Shown here piece after piece: positions 1 through 12,943 of a stretch of 64,000 nt of DNA. Numbering within the stretch: the stretch's first letter is position 1; each line of letters opens with the position of its first letter. The stretch comes from Phaeosaccion multiseriatum (Eukaryota; Protista; Ochrophyta, other classes), in contig OZ218954.1 of the NCBI GenBank assembly GCA_965112735.1, forward strand, positions 2,170,001 to 2,234,000, read 5' to 3'. The notes under the pieces were generated by a model, which worked only from the letters and a program-made list of their open reading frames with translations, searched no databases and was not told the origin of the DNA. Both the position numbers and the translations under genes were made by a program.

Positions 1-785
1 GGAAAGCGACGGCAACGAACTGTTGACGCGATGCGAGTACCGCAATGAGAGGACGGAGGAGGAGGAGGAGGAGGAGGAGGAGGAGGAGGAGGAGGAGGAG
101 GAGGAGGACGAGCCGATGGGTAGTGCCGCAGACCATGCCTACCACTGGCCCTAGGCTGCTCCGACAATGCACAACAAGACAAGCTCCTTCACTTCCTTCG
201 CCTTCGCCTCGTGGACCTCATTGCTTTGGCGCGCTGAGTACGAGTTGCTCTCTACATCACTCATCAGGATAAGGAGGAAGGGGGATAGCTGCTGCTATTT
301 AGGTCATTTGGACCGTTGCGCGCTGACTTCCAAGACGCCCGGACAGGCACGAGAGAGGCCACCATAGGCTGCCATCGTCGGATCGGACACACTGAAGGAA
401 AGCGCTCTTCGTGTCCCTCCATCCTCTGGAGAAGACGCATCGTCCGATGGAGCCTTACATTACGGCATTGGCATGCCTATGGTACGGCTGGCCATTTTGA
501 GTCAAAGCACCGCCAGCCACCGGCCTGTGCCTGAGCCCCAATCATGTTGTGTGGGTTTGTTGGTTTTTATGGGAAGTGTCCCCAGCTGTGTATAGTTAGT
601 GACGAGTTTAGTTTTATAGGGGTGAGAGAAGGGGAAGACTTCCGAGCGAGCGGCCCCCTTTTTTCACCTCAGGGAGTGTACATGTAATAAGTGACAAAAA
701 AGCAAAAAAGAAGAAAAATTAGGGCTCCGCATGTTGGTTCTTCCCTCAGACTCACACTTGGCGGTCAATCCGGTCGGACATCTCC

Positions 786-1682
786 ATGATTATGGAGACG
801 GGAGACGGTGGGAAAGCAGCTCCTGCAGCTGCAGCGGAGCGCTTGAGGTCAAGAATCCTTCCTCTGTGGAGCGGCTTTTCGGCTTGCGAGGAGCGCTGGG
901 AAGCCACCTACGAAGGCTTTTTACGGTGCTTCGATGTTGTCTCTGCCACCTTGCCTGCAGCCAACGAGGCAGCAAAAGCAGCAGCAGAGTTGCTCCCCAC
1001 GCCATTAGCAGAAACAGGCTCAGGAGGTGCTCGAATTCCAAAAAGCGGCAAGCTGGAAACACCTCCAGCGAGGGAGGCGCATGCTCGGGAAGCGTACCTC
1101 CGGGCAGAAGATGGACTTTCGACGATGCACGCTCTTGTGGACAAGGCGGAAGGGCTCACGGAGGAGATGAGGGACATCATCGATAAGGTTCAAGGCGAGC
1201 TTTTCAATGCCCAGGATTCGGCCTCTTCTTTGGCTTCGGAAAGGAAAGGCGGAAGAAGAGGAAGAGGAGGGCGTCGGGCCCCTACGGCAGAGGAGCGCGT
1301 GGCAATGACGGTAGACACAGGAAAGACAGCGACGTGGCTGTCCCCCGTGGACATGCTGCAGATGCTCAAGACCAAATGGGATGCCCATCTCACAGAGTTG
1401 GAGCTCTGGGAAGCGGTGGCCGACTCGCTTCGATACGGCGGCGAAGCCGAAGGACCACAGGGATATGCGACAGGAGGGGGCGAAGCAGTAGGAGCAGTAG
1501 GAGCAGTAGGAGCAGCAGGAGCAGCAGCAGGGGTGGCCTGGGGGCCTGCGCCAATGTCAATGCGCGATATGCCCGCTGTGCGAGCCATGCTGACTCTGCG
1601 GGTGTTTCGCGACGAGCATGTCACTCACAAGATGGAGGAGGCCGTGGAGCTCGCAAAGGCAACGGGGCAGAAAGGGCTATGA
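786..1682 (+). CDS. Hypothetical intronless, largely helical protein (298 aa)
   Basis: ATG-initiated 897-nt ORF of mostly complex sequence, downstream of an AT-richer stretch (~540-730). No family securely recognised. Confidence 0.6.
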   Translation: MIMETGDGGKAAPAAAAERLRSRILPLWSGFSACEERWEATYEGFLRCFDVVSATLPAANEAAKAAAELLPTPLAETGSGGARIPKSGKLETPPAREAHAREAYLRAEDGLSTMHALVDKAEGLTEEMRDIIDKVQGELFNAQDSASSLASERKGGRRGRGGRRAPTAEERVAMTVDTGKTATWLSPVDMLQMLKTKWDAHLTELELWEAVADSLRYGGEAEGPQGYATGGGEAVGAVGAVGAAGAAAGVAWGPAPMSMRDMPAVRAMLTLRVFRDEHVTHKMEEAVELAKATGQKGL

Positions 1683-1839
1683 GGGCATGTGGTCCTGTGA
1701 GGCCTCTCTTACTCAAGCATTGGTAGGCAACGGAGCAGCAGGGGCTGTTAGGCCTCTTCTCTTGGCTAAGCTTTGGTCCAGAGCATTGGTGAAGAGAGCA
1801 GTGGCAAGAGGAGGCGTCAAGGCGGGGAGGGGCCAGCTG

Positions 1840-1929
1840 CACGAGTCTGTCTGTCCCTCCATCCAAGACCTATGCAGGAGCACTCACGAGTCTGTCTGCC
1901 CCTCCATCCAAGACCTATGCAGGAGCACT
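1840..1929. repeat. 45-bp tandem duplication
   Basis: cacgagtctgtctg(t/c)ccctccatccaagacctatgcaggagcact occurs twice in tandem. Confidence 0.85.
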
Positions 1930-2935
1930 CCCCGTGATGACACACGCACCCAGAGAGAGAAAAAGCGCAAGGGAGAGAGAACGAGAGGCTCAGATACGTG
2001 AAAGGAGAGAAAGAGATGCCTCCTTTTGCTTGATCCGGTTCGCCCCGCCCTTCAGTCGAGGTCATTAGTCGTGACTATACGCCATCGAACACGCGCTACG
2101 TGCCGGAAATCGCTACGGGGCACCAGAAAGAGGGCTGAGGGAGGAGGGCAAACCTCGGGGGGGGGGGGGGGGGAAGCTGCGATGCTGTGGGGTGCGGTCC
2201 TCCCCTTCCAGGAAAGGCTTGTCGGCGAGCCAATGAATGCAGCAGAGCAGCAAGTCACAAGTGGCTTGAAAGGCAGCTCCTGCAGGGCTGAGAGGGAGAG
2301 AGACATCCCCACCCCCGACAGCGCACCATCTCTCGTTTCTCGGGTGGTCTTCTCCGAGGCGAAGTGAGGGAGTGGAGGCGGCCGAATGCCCCATCTCGGA
2401 CGAAGGAGCAACTTCCTTCCGCCACCCCTTGCGGTGTCTATATGCCTCTACTTGGTGTGCCAAGTAGAGATGAAGCACCCTCTGTGCATGGCATGGTGGG
2501 GTGGGGAAACAACACCAAAGCATGGTGCATGTATATGTACATAACCGCATGTGTGGCACGACTCCACGCCGCGCCTTTTTACCCTAAGAATCGCACAATG
2601 GGGCAATGGTGAATACGCGGCTATTATTATAGGCGTCGTGCCAGTGGCGGCAACAGGAGCAGAAGCAGGAGGAGGACGAACACGAGGAGGAAGCACGGTG
2701 GCTCCAGAGGAGTACGTACACTCTCGTGTACTGTACCATTACCATTACCGCCCGCTGCATGTCATCATGCCCAGACTTTCCTGTCCCCTTGGGATGTTAC
2801 TGCCTCAAAGCTCTCTGTCTCTCTCTCTTAAAGGAATTACAAGACCGTGTAAGTAGCTGAGACGTCCATCGCCCGCACGGGTCGTGCCTACGTCTGCTGC
2901 TGGCTCAGCACCAGCCGCGAGCCAGCCTTTGTTGA

Positions 2936-3260
2936 CTACACCTTGTGCTGCTTGTGCTGCTTCTGCTGCTGTCTCAGCACCAGCCTTGAGCCTTTGCTGA
3001 TTCTGTCCAGCACGATGCTGATGTGCTTCTGCAGCTTCACTGTGTCCGGAGGCATTGAAACCTCTGCCTGAGAAACCGTCGCCTCCTTTGCGGTCTTGGC
3101 CAGGCTGGTGCGTAGGAGGTGGGTCATTGCAGCGTTGACTGTCTCCTCCCAGTCCTGTTGATTGGTTGGTCATTCATTCATCAGCAGGTGTGAGGGGATG
3201 AATAGCGGGGGGGGGGGTTAGGAGTGGTTAGGAGTGGTTAGAAGGAGGAGGAGGACTAAT

Positions 3261-3315
<55 letters not shown>

Positions 3316-3828
3316 GAGGAGGAGGAGGAGTTGTAGAGGAGGAGGAGGAGAAGGAGGAGAGGGGGAATAGGAGTAGCAGTAGTAGAAGTAGAAGTAGTAG
3401 TAGTAGAAGCAGGAGTAGTAGCAAAAGGAGTAGAAGTAGCAGTAGTAGTAGTAGTAGTAGTAGTAGTTGTTGTTGTTGTAGGAAGAGGAGGAGGAGGAAA
3501 CGGGGTGAAGAGTGTGTGTAATTCTCAAACTCCATGCTTCCATGCTCCATGCTTCCATGCCACTCTGCCCCACGACGGCCTTCATACACAGAGAGATACA
3601 AGCAGGCCCTCAGTTCCTTGCCCCCCCCCATTTCCAATCAACCACCCACACCACCCCACCAAATGCCCTTCCAACCACAACGACAACCACACACGCACTC
3701 TCTCACTCACACGCACACACACACACACCCTCACTCACTCGCACACATACACACACACACGCACACACACTAAACCCACCCACACACACACCCACCCACA
3801 CACAGACACGCACACACACGCACACGCA

Positions 3829-3901
<73 letters not shown>

Positions 3902-6900
3902 GCTCCGGTCCGCAGCTGGCGACATCTGCATGCAGGTGGGCAAGAAGTAGCGTGTGGTCCTCCTCCCCCAGCTGGAAGCGGCACTTGACCAGCAGGCACA
4001 GCAGCTGGGCGGTGCAAGAGAGGGTGCTGGAGGCCTGGGCAAGCAGGTGCTGAGCCCTCTGCGCTGCGTCGCCGAGGTCGATGAGAGCCTGCGCATAGGG
4101 AGGAGGGAGGAGGAGGAGGAGGAGGAGGGAGGAGGAGGAGGAGGAGGAGGAGGAGGAGGAGGAGGAGGAGGAGGAGGAGCAGGAGATGGAGATCGGTGGA
4201 TGAATGGAACCGAGTGTGTGTATGTGTGTGCACGTGCAAGCAGTGAAGGAATGGAGGAAGGAAGGAAGGAAGGAAGGAAGGAAGGAAGGAAGGAAGGAAG
4301 GAAGGAAGGAAGGAAGGAAGGAAGGAATGAGCGAGTGAAGGACAGAATATATGCCGATGACACATGCGGTGCTTCTCGGCTGAAAAGAGCACACACGAAC
4401 TGCAGCAAAGAGCACGAACGGAGTGCGGGCATTTTGGGCCTGGGTTGGAAATGCAATGCTTCCAAAGGGCGCGACGTGTTAGGTCTGGGACATGGGAAAC
4501 TGAAATCAGGAACTCACGAACTCACGTGGTAGGTATCGTTCATGATGACGTCAAGAGCGTTAAGGGGCGCAGGGTTGCGATCCTTGAAGCGGCTCAGCAG
4601 CCTCTTTTGCACCACTCGGAACTGATGGGCCTTGTCATTCAAAGCGTCGCCAATGCGCTGCAGCTCCTGACGGCATTGGAAGTGGTGCTGCCCATGGGGG
4701 AGAAGAGGAAGGGGAGGCGAGGCGGGTGGGCAAGAAGGTGAAGCTCAAAAACAAGGTGTGCGGTCAACAAAGCCACAAAGAGGGGCTCAAAGCAGAGGTG
4801 TGTGGTCACAAAGAAAGCTTCAAAAGCAAGTGAGGGCAAAGAGGAGCTCAAACCAGGGAGGGAGGGAGGGAGGGAGGGAGGGAGGGAGGGAGGGAGGGAG
4901 GGAGGGAGGGAGGGAGGGAGGGAGGGAGGGAGGGAGGGAGGGAGGGAGGGAGGGAGGGAGGGAGGGAGGGAGGGAGAGGGAGGCGTGTACTCAAGTAGAG
5001 AAATAGAGACTCACGTCGATGGTGGCGTAAAAGTCTTGCAGAGGCAGCGGCTCCTGATACTCAATCACCAGGGGCTCACTGTGCCGCTCTTGACTGCCCT
5101 CCCCATTGGTGAAGTGGGCTTGCAGCCGGCGGTAGAGCTCCGAAGTGACGAGCCAGAGGGTGGAGAGAGACCCACTCTGCACGCGATACCTAATAATACA
5201 TAATAAGATTTGATATTATAATAGGGGGAGAGAAGGGAGGAGGGGGGCAGGGGGGTGAAGGGCGCGCGAGGGGAGAGCGGCAATGGGAACGGTGCGGTAT
5301 GGTGTCAGCACAGGAGGAACAGAGAGGAGAGTAGTGGCGAAAGGGAGAGAGGGAGAGAGAGAGGGAGAGAGAGAGAACCAAAAGAGGATAGAGAGAGGAG
5401 AGAGGGGAGAGGGAGATAGAGAGAACCAAAACAGGAAAAGAGAAAGGAGGAGAGAGAGAAGGAGAGAACCACAAGAGGAGAAGAGAAAGGAGAGAGGAGA
5501 GAGAGAGAAGGAGAGAGAGGAGAGAGGGGAGAGGGAGATAGAGAGATCCCCAAGAGGATAGAGAAAGGAGAGAGGGGAGAGAGAGGATTGGAGGTATTGC
5601 TAGATCCAGCGAGCGGGAGCCCAGAGCTCAGCGCCGCTAAGCTAAGCTTACCTTCCAGCGTTCCTGGAGACGAGAATGGCGGCGTCCAAGGGTGCTCCCG
5701 TGACCTCGTCTTGCGCAAAGTACGCGAAGGAAAGCACGCTGCTGCCCGTGTTGCCCACCACCCGCGCCACAGACTCGTCTGGAGGAGGGGGAGGAGGAGG
5801 AGGAGGAGGAGGAGGAGGAGGAGGAGGAGGAGGAGGAGGAAGAGGAGGAGGAGGAGGGGGGGGGGGAGATGAGGGCATACGTCTCCTTCCTCTTGACAAT
5901 AGCAAATCGCACAATGCGCTACCAGGGTACCCGTGCCCCCCCCCCCTCCTCCTCTTTGGGCAGCGCACAGTGAGCAGCGAGTGCGCTAGGAGCCAAGACG
6001 ACATACGTAGGGCGATGGCAGCCTATTCGGGGGTGGCAGTGCCGTACGCACCACCGGGACGAACACGTGCAGTATTTGTCCACAACAATACCATCAATGT
6101 CCACAACAATACCATCACTTGTCCACAACAATACCATCATTTTGTCCACAACAATACCATCATTTGTCCATCATTTGTCCACAACAATGCCATCATTTTG
6201 TCCCCAACAATACCATCATTTGTCTACAAACAATACAGAGCATTTGTCTACAAACAATACAGAGCATTTGTCTACAAACAATACCACCATTTGTCTGCAA
6301 GCAATACAGAGCATTTGTCTACCAAAACAAAAGCTGAAGTGGGCTTAGAGCTGAGCGGGCTTTTGCTGCACACCTACCTGTCATGCCTGGCTGGCTCAGC
6401 ATGTCCTCGAATAGGTCCAGGAGAGATAGAGGCTCTCGATTGGTGTGGAGAGTGAGCTTGTAGTCACTGGGGGGGGGGGGGGGGTGGAGCCCACAACAAC
6501 GCGAACACCATGGGGGAAGGGGTATATGGGAATAGAGGGTGAGGAGAAGGATGCAAATGGATGCCCAGTGGAGAGAGGGGGGAGGCTGGGGCAAGAGAGC
6601 CAAAGGCACACGCGCACCCACATGTGCACGATCGCTTCTTTACTTCACAGGACAAGTCACGTTTGACGTGTTGTCAGTCGCAAGGCTTGCTGTACACACA
6701 CACACACGCAAACACGCGTACGCACACTCTCTCTCTCACGTATACCGTCCCCGCTCCACCCACCCACCCATCCATCCACCCATCCACCCATCCACCCATC
6801 CACCCATCCACCCACCCACCCACCCACCTAGCCTTGCTTGCCGGCGTCAATCTGCACGCCATACACAGGGGCAGCCGCGCCTTACAGTGCACCGCCCGAG

Positions 6901-7310
6901 GCTCCCCAGATTCCAACTTGTACACCACAGATGCCACGACATCTAGGGAGGAGGCCATGACCGCAGCCCTCGCGTGAAGCACCACGGGTACCACGAGAGG
7001 AGTGGACACAGATGACGACGATGACGACTCGGAGTCTCTCCTGCCGTTACCGTTGAGGGGCGGCAGAGGGATGGAGGTGCTGCCTCCGCTACCGCCTTCG
7101 CTGCTGCCTCCGTTGGCGACGACCACGCTAGGGGGGAGGGTGAGGTGGAGTACCAACCCGCTTATCGGCCTGGGTGAGGAGGGATGTATGGTGAGCAGGG
7201 GGGTGGGTGGGTTGAGAAAAAGATGGCTGGGTGGAGGAGGGGGGAGAAGAAAGGAGAACAGCAGCAACAACGACCAACGACGACGACGACGCCAACAAGA
7301 GAGAGAGGGG

Positions 7311-7341
<31 letters not shown>

Positions 7342-9353
7342 TACAGACACACACAGAGAGACAGAGACAGACACACAGAAAGAGAGACAGCAAGACACAC
7401 ACAGAGAGAGAGAGAGAGAGAGGAACAGGCTTCACCACAGTGAGTGCATGCAGCGTACCTCTTCCCGGTGTACGAAATGAAAACTCGAAAGGTCACTTGC
7501 ACTAGACCCCCTTCTCCCCCTCCATCCCCCGCGGGGTCAATCGCGGCCAGACCTTCAGTCTCAAAGGGGATAATGACGTCATCCGGCCCATCGAGAAAGT
7601 TGGGCATCTATGGGGTAGCAGCGGTTGGTGATACGGCACAGAGTGTTTGTTGACACAGAGCAGTTGGTGATATAGAGGATGAGGAAGGGGCAAGGACAGG
7701 GGCAGGAGCAGCCCCCCTGTTGGGAGGGGGAGAGGGCAAGGAGGTTGTGTGCAGACAGACAGACTCACGCCTTCTCCGAGAAAGCGCTTCGAGAAAAGGG
7801 TTCAAAGCACACATATTCTCTCCCCATCTCCAGGCTGCCCGCCTCTCCTCCATCGCTCGAGGACATGCCGATAGGCAATTCTTGTTGTCATATTCTCTCC
7901 CCATCTCCAGGCTGCCCGCCTCTCCTCCATCGCTCGAGGACATGCCGATAGGCAATTCTTGTTGTCACATTCGCTTGCCTCGATGCTCTTAATGTAAGCC
8001 GCTCTTCCTTCCTCCTCCCCCTCCTCTCCTCTCCTCCTCTACCTCTTCCTTCCCCTCCCCCTCCTCGTCCTCCTCGTCCTCCTCCCCCACCCCCTTCCCC
8101 ATCTCTTCTCTCTCACCTGAGCCCTCATCGACAGCCGCTCATTCCCCCCCCCCCCGCTGTCCGACTGGCTGCGCTTGATGACCTGCAAGAGCTGTCTGTG
8201 CTTGGCTTCTATATCTCCGTAGTCAACTTCTTTGGCGTCGGACACGACCACAGCCTGCGGCCCGCACAGGGACAAACAGTGGCAACAGAATGCACAGCAG
8301 TAGTTGGTGGTACAGGACAGCAGAAAGCCCAGCAGTTGGTGGTACGGTAGCAGTTGGTCATACAGCAGCAGCAGCAGGGGCGGGCGGTGGCAGCACTAGC
8401 GTCAGAGGGCCGGGCAGGGCACGGCATCCGTTTCATCCGTTTCAGATTTTTACTTCCCCGGGCTTCGCTTGGCGTTGCTCTGACACGACAAAAGACTTGT
8501 CCTGTGGCCCATTCGACACCCCCCCACTGCCCTCCCCTTCCCTTTACTGCATGAGACAGAGAGAGGGGGTGAGAGCGAGGGAGACAGAGAGAGAAAGAAC
8601 GAGTCGAGAGAAAGAGAGAAAAAAAACACGAGTAGAGACAGAGAAGGAACGAGAAGCGAGAGAAAAGAGAGAGCGAGCGAGCGAGAGAGAGAGAGAGAGA
8701 GGGAGAGAGAGAGAGAGAGAGACAGCGAGCAGAGCACAGCAGAGCAGAAAGCACCCACCCGACACGCGACAACATGCAAACATGTAAACACGTGCCCGGC
8801 CTCGTAAGGGTATGTGTGGCATACGTTTATGGGCATAACGGCGTACGGGTATATGGGCCTACGGGCGCATGTACCTGTGATGGCGGGTCTGTGCCGAGGT
8901 ACAGCAGGTCCAAGGTTCCCTTCTCGTCGAGGCCGCACAGCATACCCGGGATGCCGTCCACCTCCATGACTGTCAGCGCTACTAAGGGTCGCTTCACTCG
9001 CGCTGCCCACACCAGTTGCAGGTCACGAAAGACCATCAGCTGTGTATGTGTGTGAGAGAGAGAGAGTGTGTGTGAGTGTGTGTAGATGTACGTATGTATG
9101 TATGCATGTATGTATGTATGTATGTATGTATGTATGTATGTATGTGTGCGTGTGTGAGTGAGTGTGTGCATGTGTATGTATGTGTGTGTGTGTGTGGCAT
9201 GCGAGAAATGAGGATTTGTCGGTGAGCTGTGTGTGGCATGCGAGAAATGAGGATTTGTCAGTGAGCAGGGTAGGGTAGAGCCAGGCCCGGACATGAGAGG
9301 ACGGGACGGAAGAAAAAGAGGACAAAGCGGAGGGCGTCAGACAGCGAGAGACC

Positions 9354-9402
<49 letters not shown>

Positions 9403-12400
9403 ATCCCGCCTCGACCCTCGCGCAGAGGGCCCGGTGCGCCTACTTTACTTTGTGCTTGCTTGTTTGCTTGCTTGCCTGATCTGAGTGCGTGCTGATGATA
9501 ACATTCTCCTCCCCCACATCGGGAAGGTCACCCTGCCTGACAGTCCGGCCGCGTAGCTCGGGGTCTAGGGCGTCTACGACGTACTTACACGCGCAGGAGG
9601 GGTAGCCTCCAGACGCTTCGATGACCTGTGTGAATGTGCACACACACATATATACACGAGAGAGAGGAGAGGGACGAGAGAGGGGAGAGAGAGGGGAGAG
9701 AAAGACGAGAGAGAGAGGAGAGAGAGAGAGAGAGCAAAAGACAAAGAGACAGAGACAGAGAGAGAGGGAAGAGATACATAGGGAGAAAGAGAGACAGAGA
9801 CAGAGAGAGCGTGAGAGTCCATCCCCTCTGGATGAGGAGGTACCTGGTTTGAGGACTTGCCCACCTCCCCATCGGCTGCCTGTCCCCCTTCCTTTGTCCA
9901 GAGGAGAGTCTCTTCACCCTCCTTTCTCTTCCTCCTCTCTCGACCGCCGCACCGAGTCGCGTGCCACCTGGCCAGCGTGCGTGCGCTTGCCCGTCTGTCT
10001 GTCATGTTCCCCTTCGCCATACCGTACCTTCTGCAGTCGTATTCCGCCACCTTGGTCCTTGAGAGTGAACAAAGTACGCTCTCCTAGTACAACAATATCC
10101 ACCCTTTTTCAGTGAACGTGAACGTAAAGAGGAAGGTCAAGGCGGCACATATGTAGGGCGGGAGGGAGGGGAGGGAGGGAGGGAGGGAGGGAGGGGAGGA
10201 AGGGATGGATGGATGAATGGATGGATGGATGGATGGAGGGAGGGAGGGAGGAAGGCAGGGAGGGAGGAGAGGGAGGGAGGGAGGGGAGGAAGGGATGGAT
10301 GGATGAATGGATGGATGGATGGATGGAGGGAGGGAGGGAGGGAGGAAGGCAGGGAGGGAGGGAGCGGAGAAAGGGATGGATGGATGAATGGATGGATGGA
10401 TGGAGGGAGGGAGGGAGGAAGGAAGGTAGGGAGGGAGAGAGGGGAGGAAGGGATGGATGGATGGATGGATGGATGGATGGATGGATGGAGGGAGGGAGGG
10501 ACGGAGGAAGGCAGGCAGGGAGGGAGGGGAGGAAGGGATGGATGGATGAATGGATGGATGGATGGATGGAGGGAGGGAGGGAGGGAGGGAGGAAGGAAGG
10601 CCGGGAGGGAGGGAGGGAAGGAAGGAGGAGCAGAACGCGAGACCAACACAAAAAGAAGGTCCGCTTTGGGAGAGTAGCTTGGGGGCTGAGCTGTAAGACA
10701 TAAGATGGACAGAGTGCCAAGTATCAGTGCTATAGGTAGGAGAGAAGAGAAGCACGTATACAGCTCATGTATAGCGCAATCCGTTCCCTCCACTTCCTCT
10801 CCTTCACTCTTCTACCTCTCACCTGTCTACTCCCATCGATCTGCCAAACTTGGACACAAAAATGTCAAGCGCTGCCTCTCCGATCTTGACTGACCAATCC
10901 ACCTGCGCCCCCTGGGCATAGCTGCTGCTGGAGCTACCCCCACCCGAAGCCGAGCCCCCACTCCGCCCACCACTACCACTACTGCTGTTACCGCTACTGC
11001 TGCCATTACTGCCGTTACTGCCTGCCCCCCCACCTTTGCCCTCGTCCTCCTCCCCTCCGCTGCTGCTAGCCACGAGTAGCTGATACTTGTAGCAATCGAT
11101 GCAGTGCTCGCTATTACAGGTGACGAACGAGTCGATTCCCGCCACGTAGCAGAGGGGACCAGGGATGAGGACGCGCCGCAGTCTCCGAGTAAAGGCGTGG
11201 GCATCTTGCTCGAACACCTTAAGACAAGAGAGGCGAAGGGAAGGGGGAGAGGAGGGAGATAGGCAGGTAGACATGTAGTGAGCACACGGTGCATGTACGG
11301 TGCACGTGTGTGTGTGTGTGTGCCTGTACGGCGACGTCAAGACAATGGAGACGAATGCTCACAGAGCACAGTCTACCCCTCTTCTCTCCTCCTCCCCCGT
11401 CCTTCCCCTGACCTGGAGGCGCCCGTCCATGCTCTGTACGGCTAGCAGGTCTCTATCCACCCCTCCAAAGGGCCCGTGCGTCATGTTGGCCGCTGTGAAG
11501 TGCGCGCCATGAAGGCCTAGGGCGTGCTCATAGGCCTTGACCAAGTTGAAGTAGCTCGCCTGATTGATACAGCAGTTGGTCATCAAGCCAGGGCAAGGGG
11601 CAAGGGGCAGAGGCAGGGTAGAGAGTGAGATGGAGGAGAAGACATTTCCGACTGAGGATGTATCCGGAAAGTGGGTGGGGTGGCTGCTTTGTGGGCATAG
11701 TGTTGTGGACGAGCTTGCTTACCTTGGCGCCTCGGCCCCCCACAGGCTCCACAGTGTACACGCCGAGCTTGCGGGGATGAAGCACCGCAATGGCCCATAC
11801 CTCTGGGGCGGCGCTGCAAAAAAAGCAAAGCCGGGCAGGAGGGCATTGGGGGGGGGCAGGAGATAGTAGAGTGAGAAGCGAAACGGCGATGGATTCGGAG
11901 GGACTTAGCTCGGTGTCGGGGAGCCAAAGGGGCACAAACAAAACGGGGGAGACTCCACTGTGACCCCCGACTCTGAGTCTGGCCCTAACTTATCTGACGG
12001 TAAGTACCTCAACTCAATATCTGCATACATGCCTCCTTGCGTCTCTGCACGAACAAACACAGACACTCAAGTCCTTCCTCCCAACCCCTCTCGCTTCCAT
12101 CTTCGAAGTGGTACCACTACTTGGCCGTGTCTGGGCAGGGGGGTGAAGAGGAACGACAGAGGGACGACTACACACTTACGGCATGAAGTGCCCGATTGCC
12201 AGCTGCAGAATGGGCGCACTGAGGTCCTGCTCCAGCACGAGGTCCTCGATCCTGTAGTCCGCCTGCTTGGGGTGGTACACGCGCAGCATCCCCTGCAGAC
12301 TACCCACCACTACCTTCGCCTGCCCCTCCGGGTCGTTGTCCACGTTTCCCACGGCCATAGACCCCGAGTCGAACTCATCTCCGGCACCGACTTGAGTGGA

Positions 12401-12430
12401 CCACCGCTCACGTGCCTGAAAAAGAGACAT
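2936..12430 (-). CDS. BBS9: Bardet-Biedl syndrome 9 / PTHB1 BBSome subunit (~954 aa, 16 exons)
   Basis: Exons 12430-12180, 11813-11723, 11559-11413, 11217-10823, 10103-10028, 9625-9476, 9039-8875, 8254-8117, 7607-7459, 7169-6828, 6466-6378, 5778-5652, 5189-5015, 4687-4526, 4088-3900, 3154-2936; total 2865 nt, in frame. PTHB1 motifs: [89 protein letters not shown]. Confidence 0.95.
6075..6325. repeat. ~21-24-bp minisatellite inside a BBS9 intron
   Basis: About 10 degenerate copies of tttgtc(c/t)aca(a)acaatac(cat/aga). Confidence 0.85.
7812..7968. repeat. ~77-bp tandem duplication inside a BBS9 intron
   Basis: catattctctccccatctccaggctgccc...gataggcaattcttgttgtca occurs twice. Confidence 0.85.
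10160..10625. repeat. Compound (GGGA)n/(GGAT)n higher-order repeat in a BBS9 intron
   Basis: Alternating gggagggagg and ggatggatggatgaatggat blocks, about 5 units. Confidence 0.85.
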
Positions 12431-12943
12431 TTTTATTTACCGACGCCGTATCTCGGGAGGAAAGTAGCTGTTGGCGTCTCTGTGCTTCCTGGTACCTCTC
12501 TGTGGGAGCTGTGGCTGAAGCCACCCCACTCCTGTTACTTCTTCTTTTCCCGGATCCTCTCCGCTGTGAGGAGGATATTTTCTTTCTTTTGTCCCCCTCC
12601 CTCCCTCCCCTCTGTCTCCTCCCTTCTCGTCCCCGTCTCTTGGGAATTACCTCTCCTTCGGCCGTTCTTTCAAGGTATGTGGAAGATCATCCCTATGCGA
12701 AGAGATACTGAGCTTATAAGGATATCAACGCCTCCTGCTCTACGATCCCTCGACAATATGCCCCCCCCGACAGAATGCCGAACGTTAAGTCGTCTTTTTT
12801 TGGAAGGGATGCCGGTCTGGAAACCTCTCCACCCAACCCCGGGGGGTGTCGGCTCTCGATTTTCAGGTGGTGAGGGAGGCATTCAGTGAGGGAACTAGAA
12901 CCGGCTTAGACACGCACCTTCGGGTCTAACAGGAGCAGCAACC
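12431..12943. promoter_or_regulatory. Putative bidirectional promoter between BBS9 and RPS25
   Basis: Divergent start codons separated by 513 bp. Confidence 0.5.

Noticed and set aside
1-540. Short ORFs and a (GGA)n tract at the window start
   Set aside because: No coherent gene model; may be the tail of a feature outside the window.
3218-4532. Long ORFs with poly-L, poly-V, (HT)n, (CV)n or (LPSF)n
   Set aside because: These are translations of intronic microsatellites inside BBS9. Only 4088-3900 and the last bases of the 4687-4526 exon are coding here.
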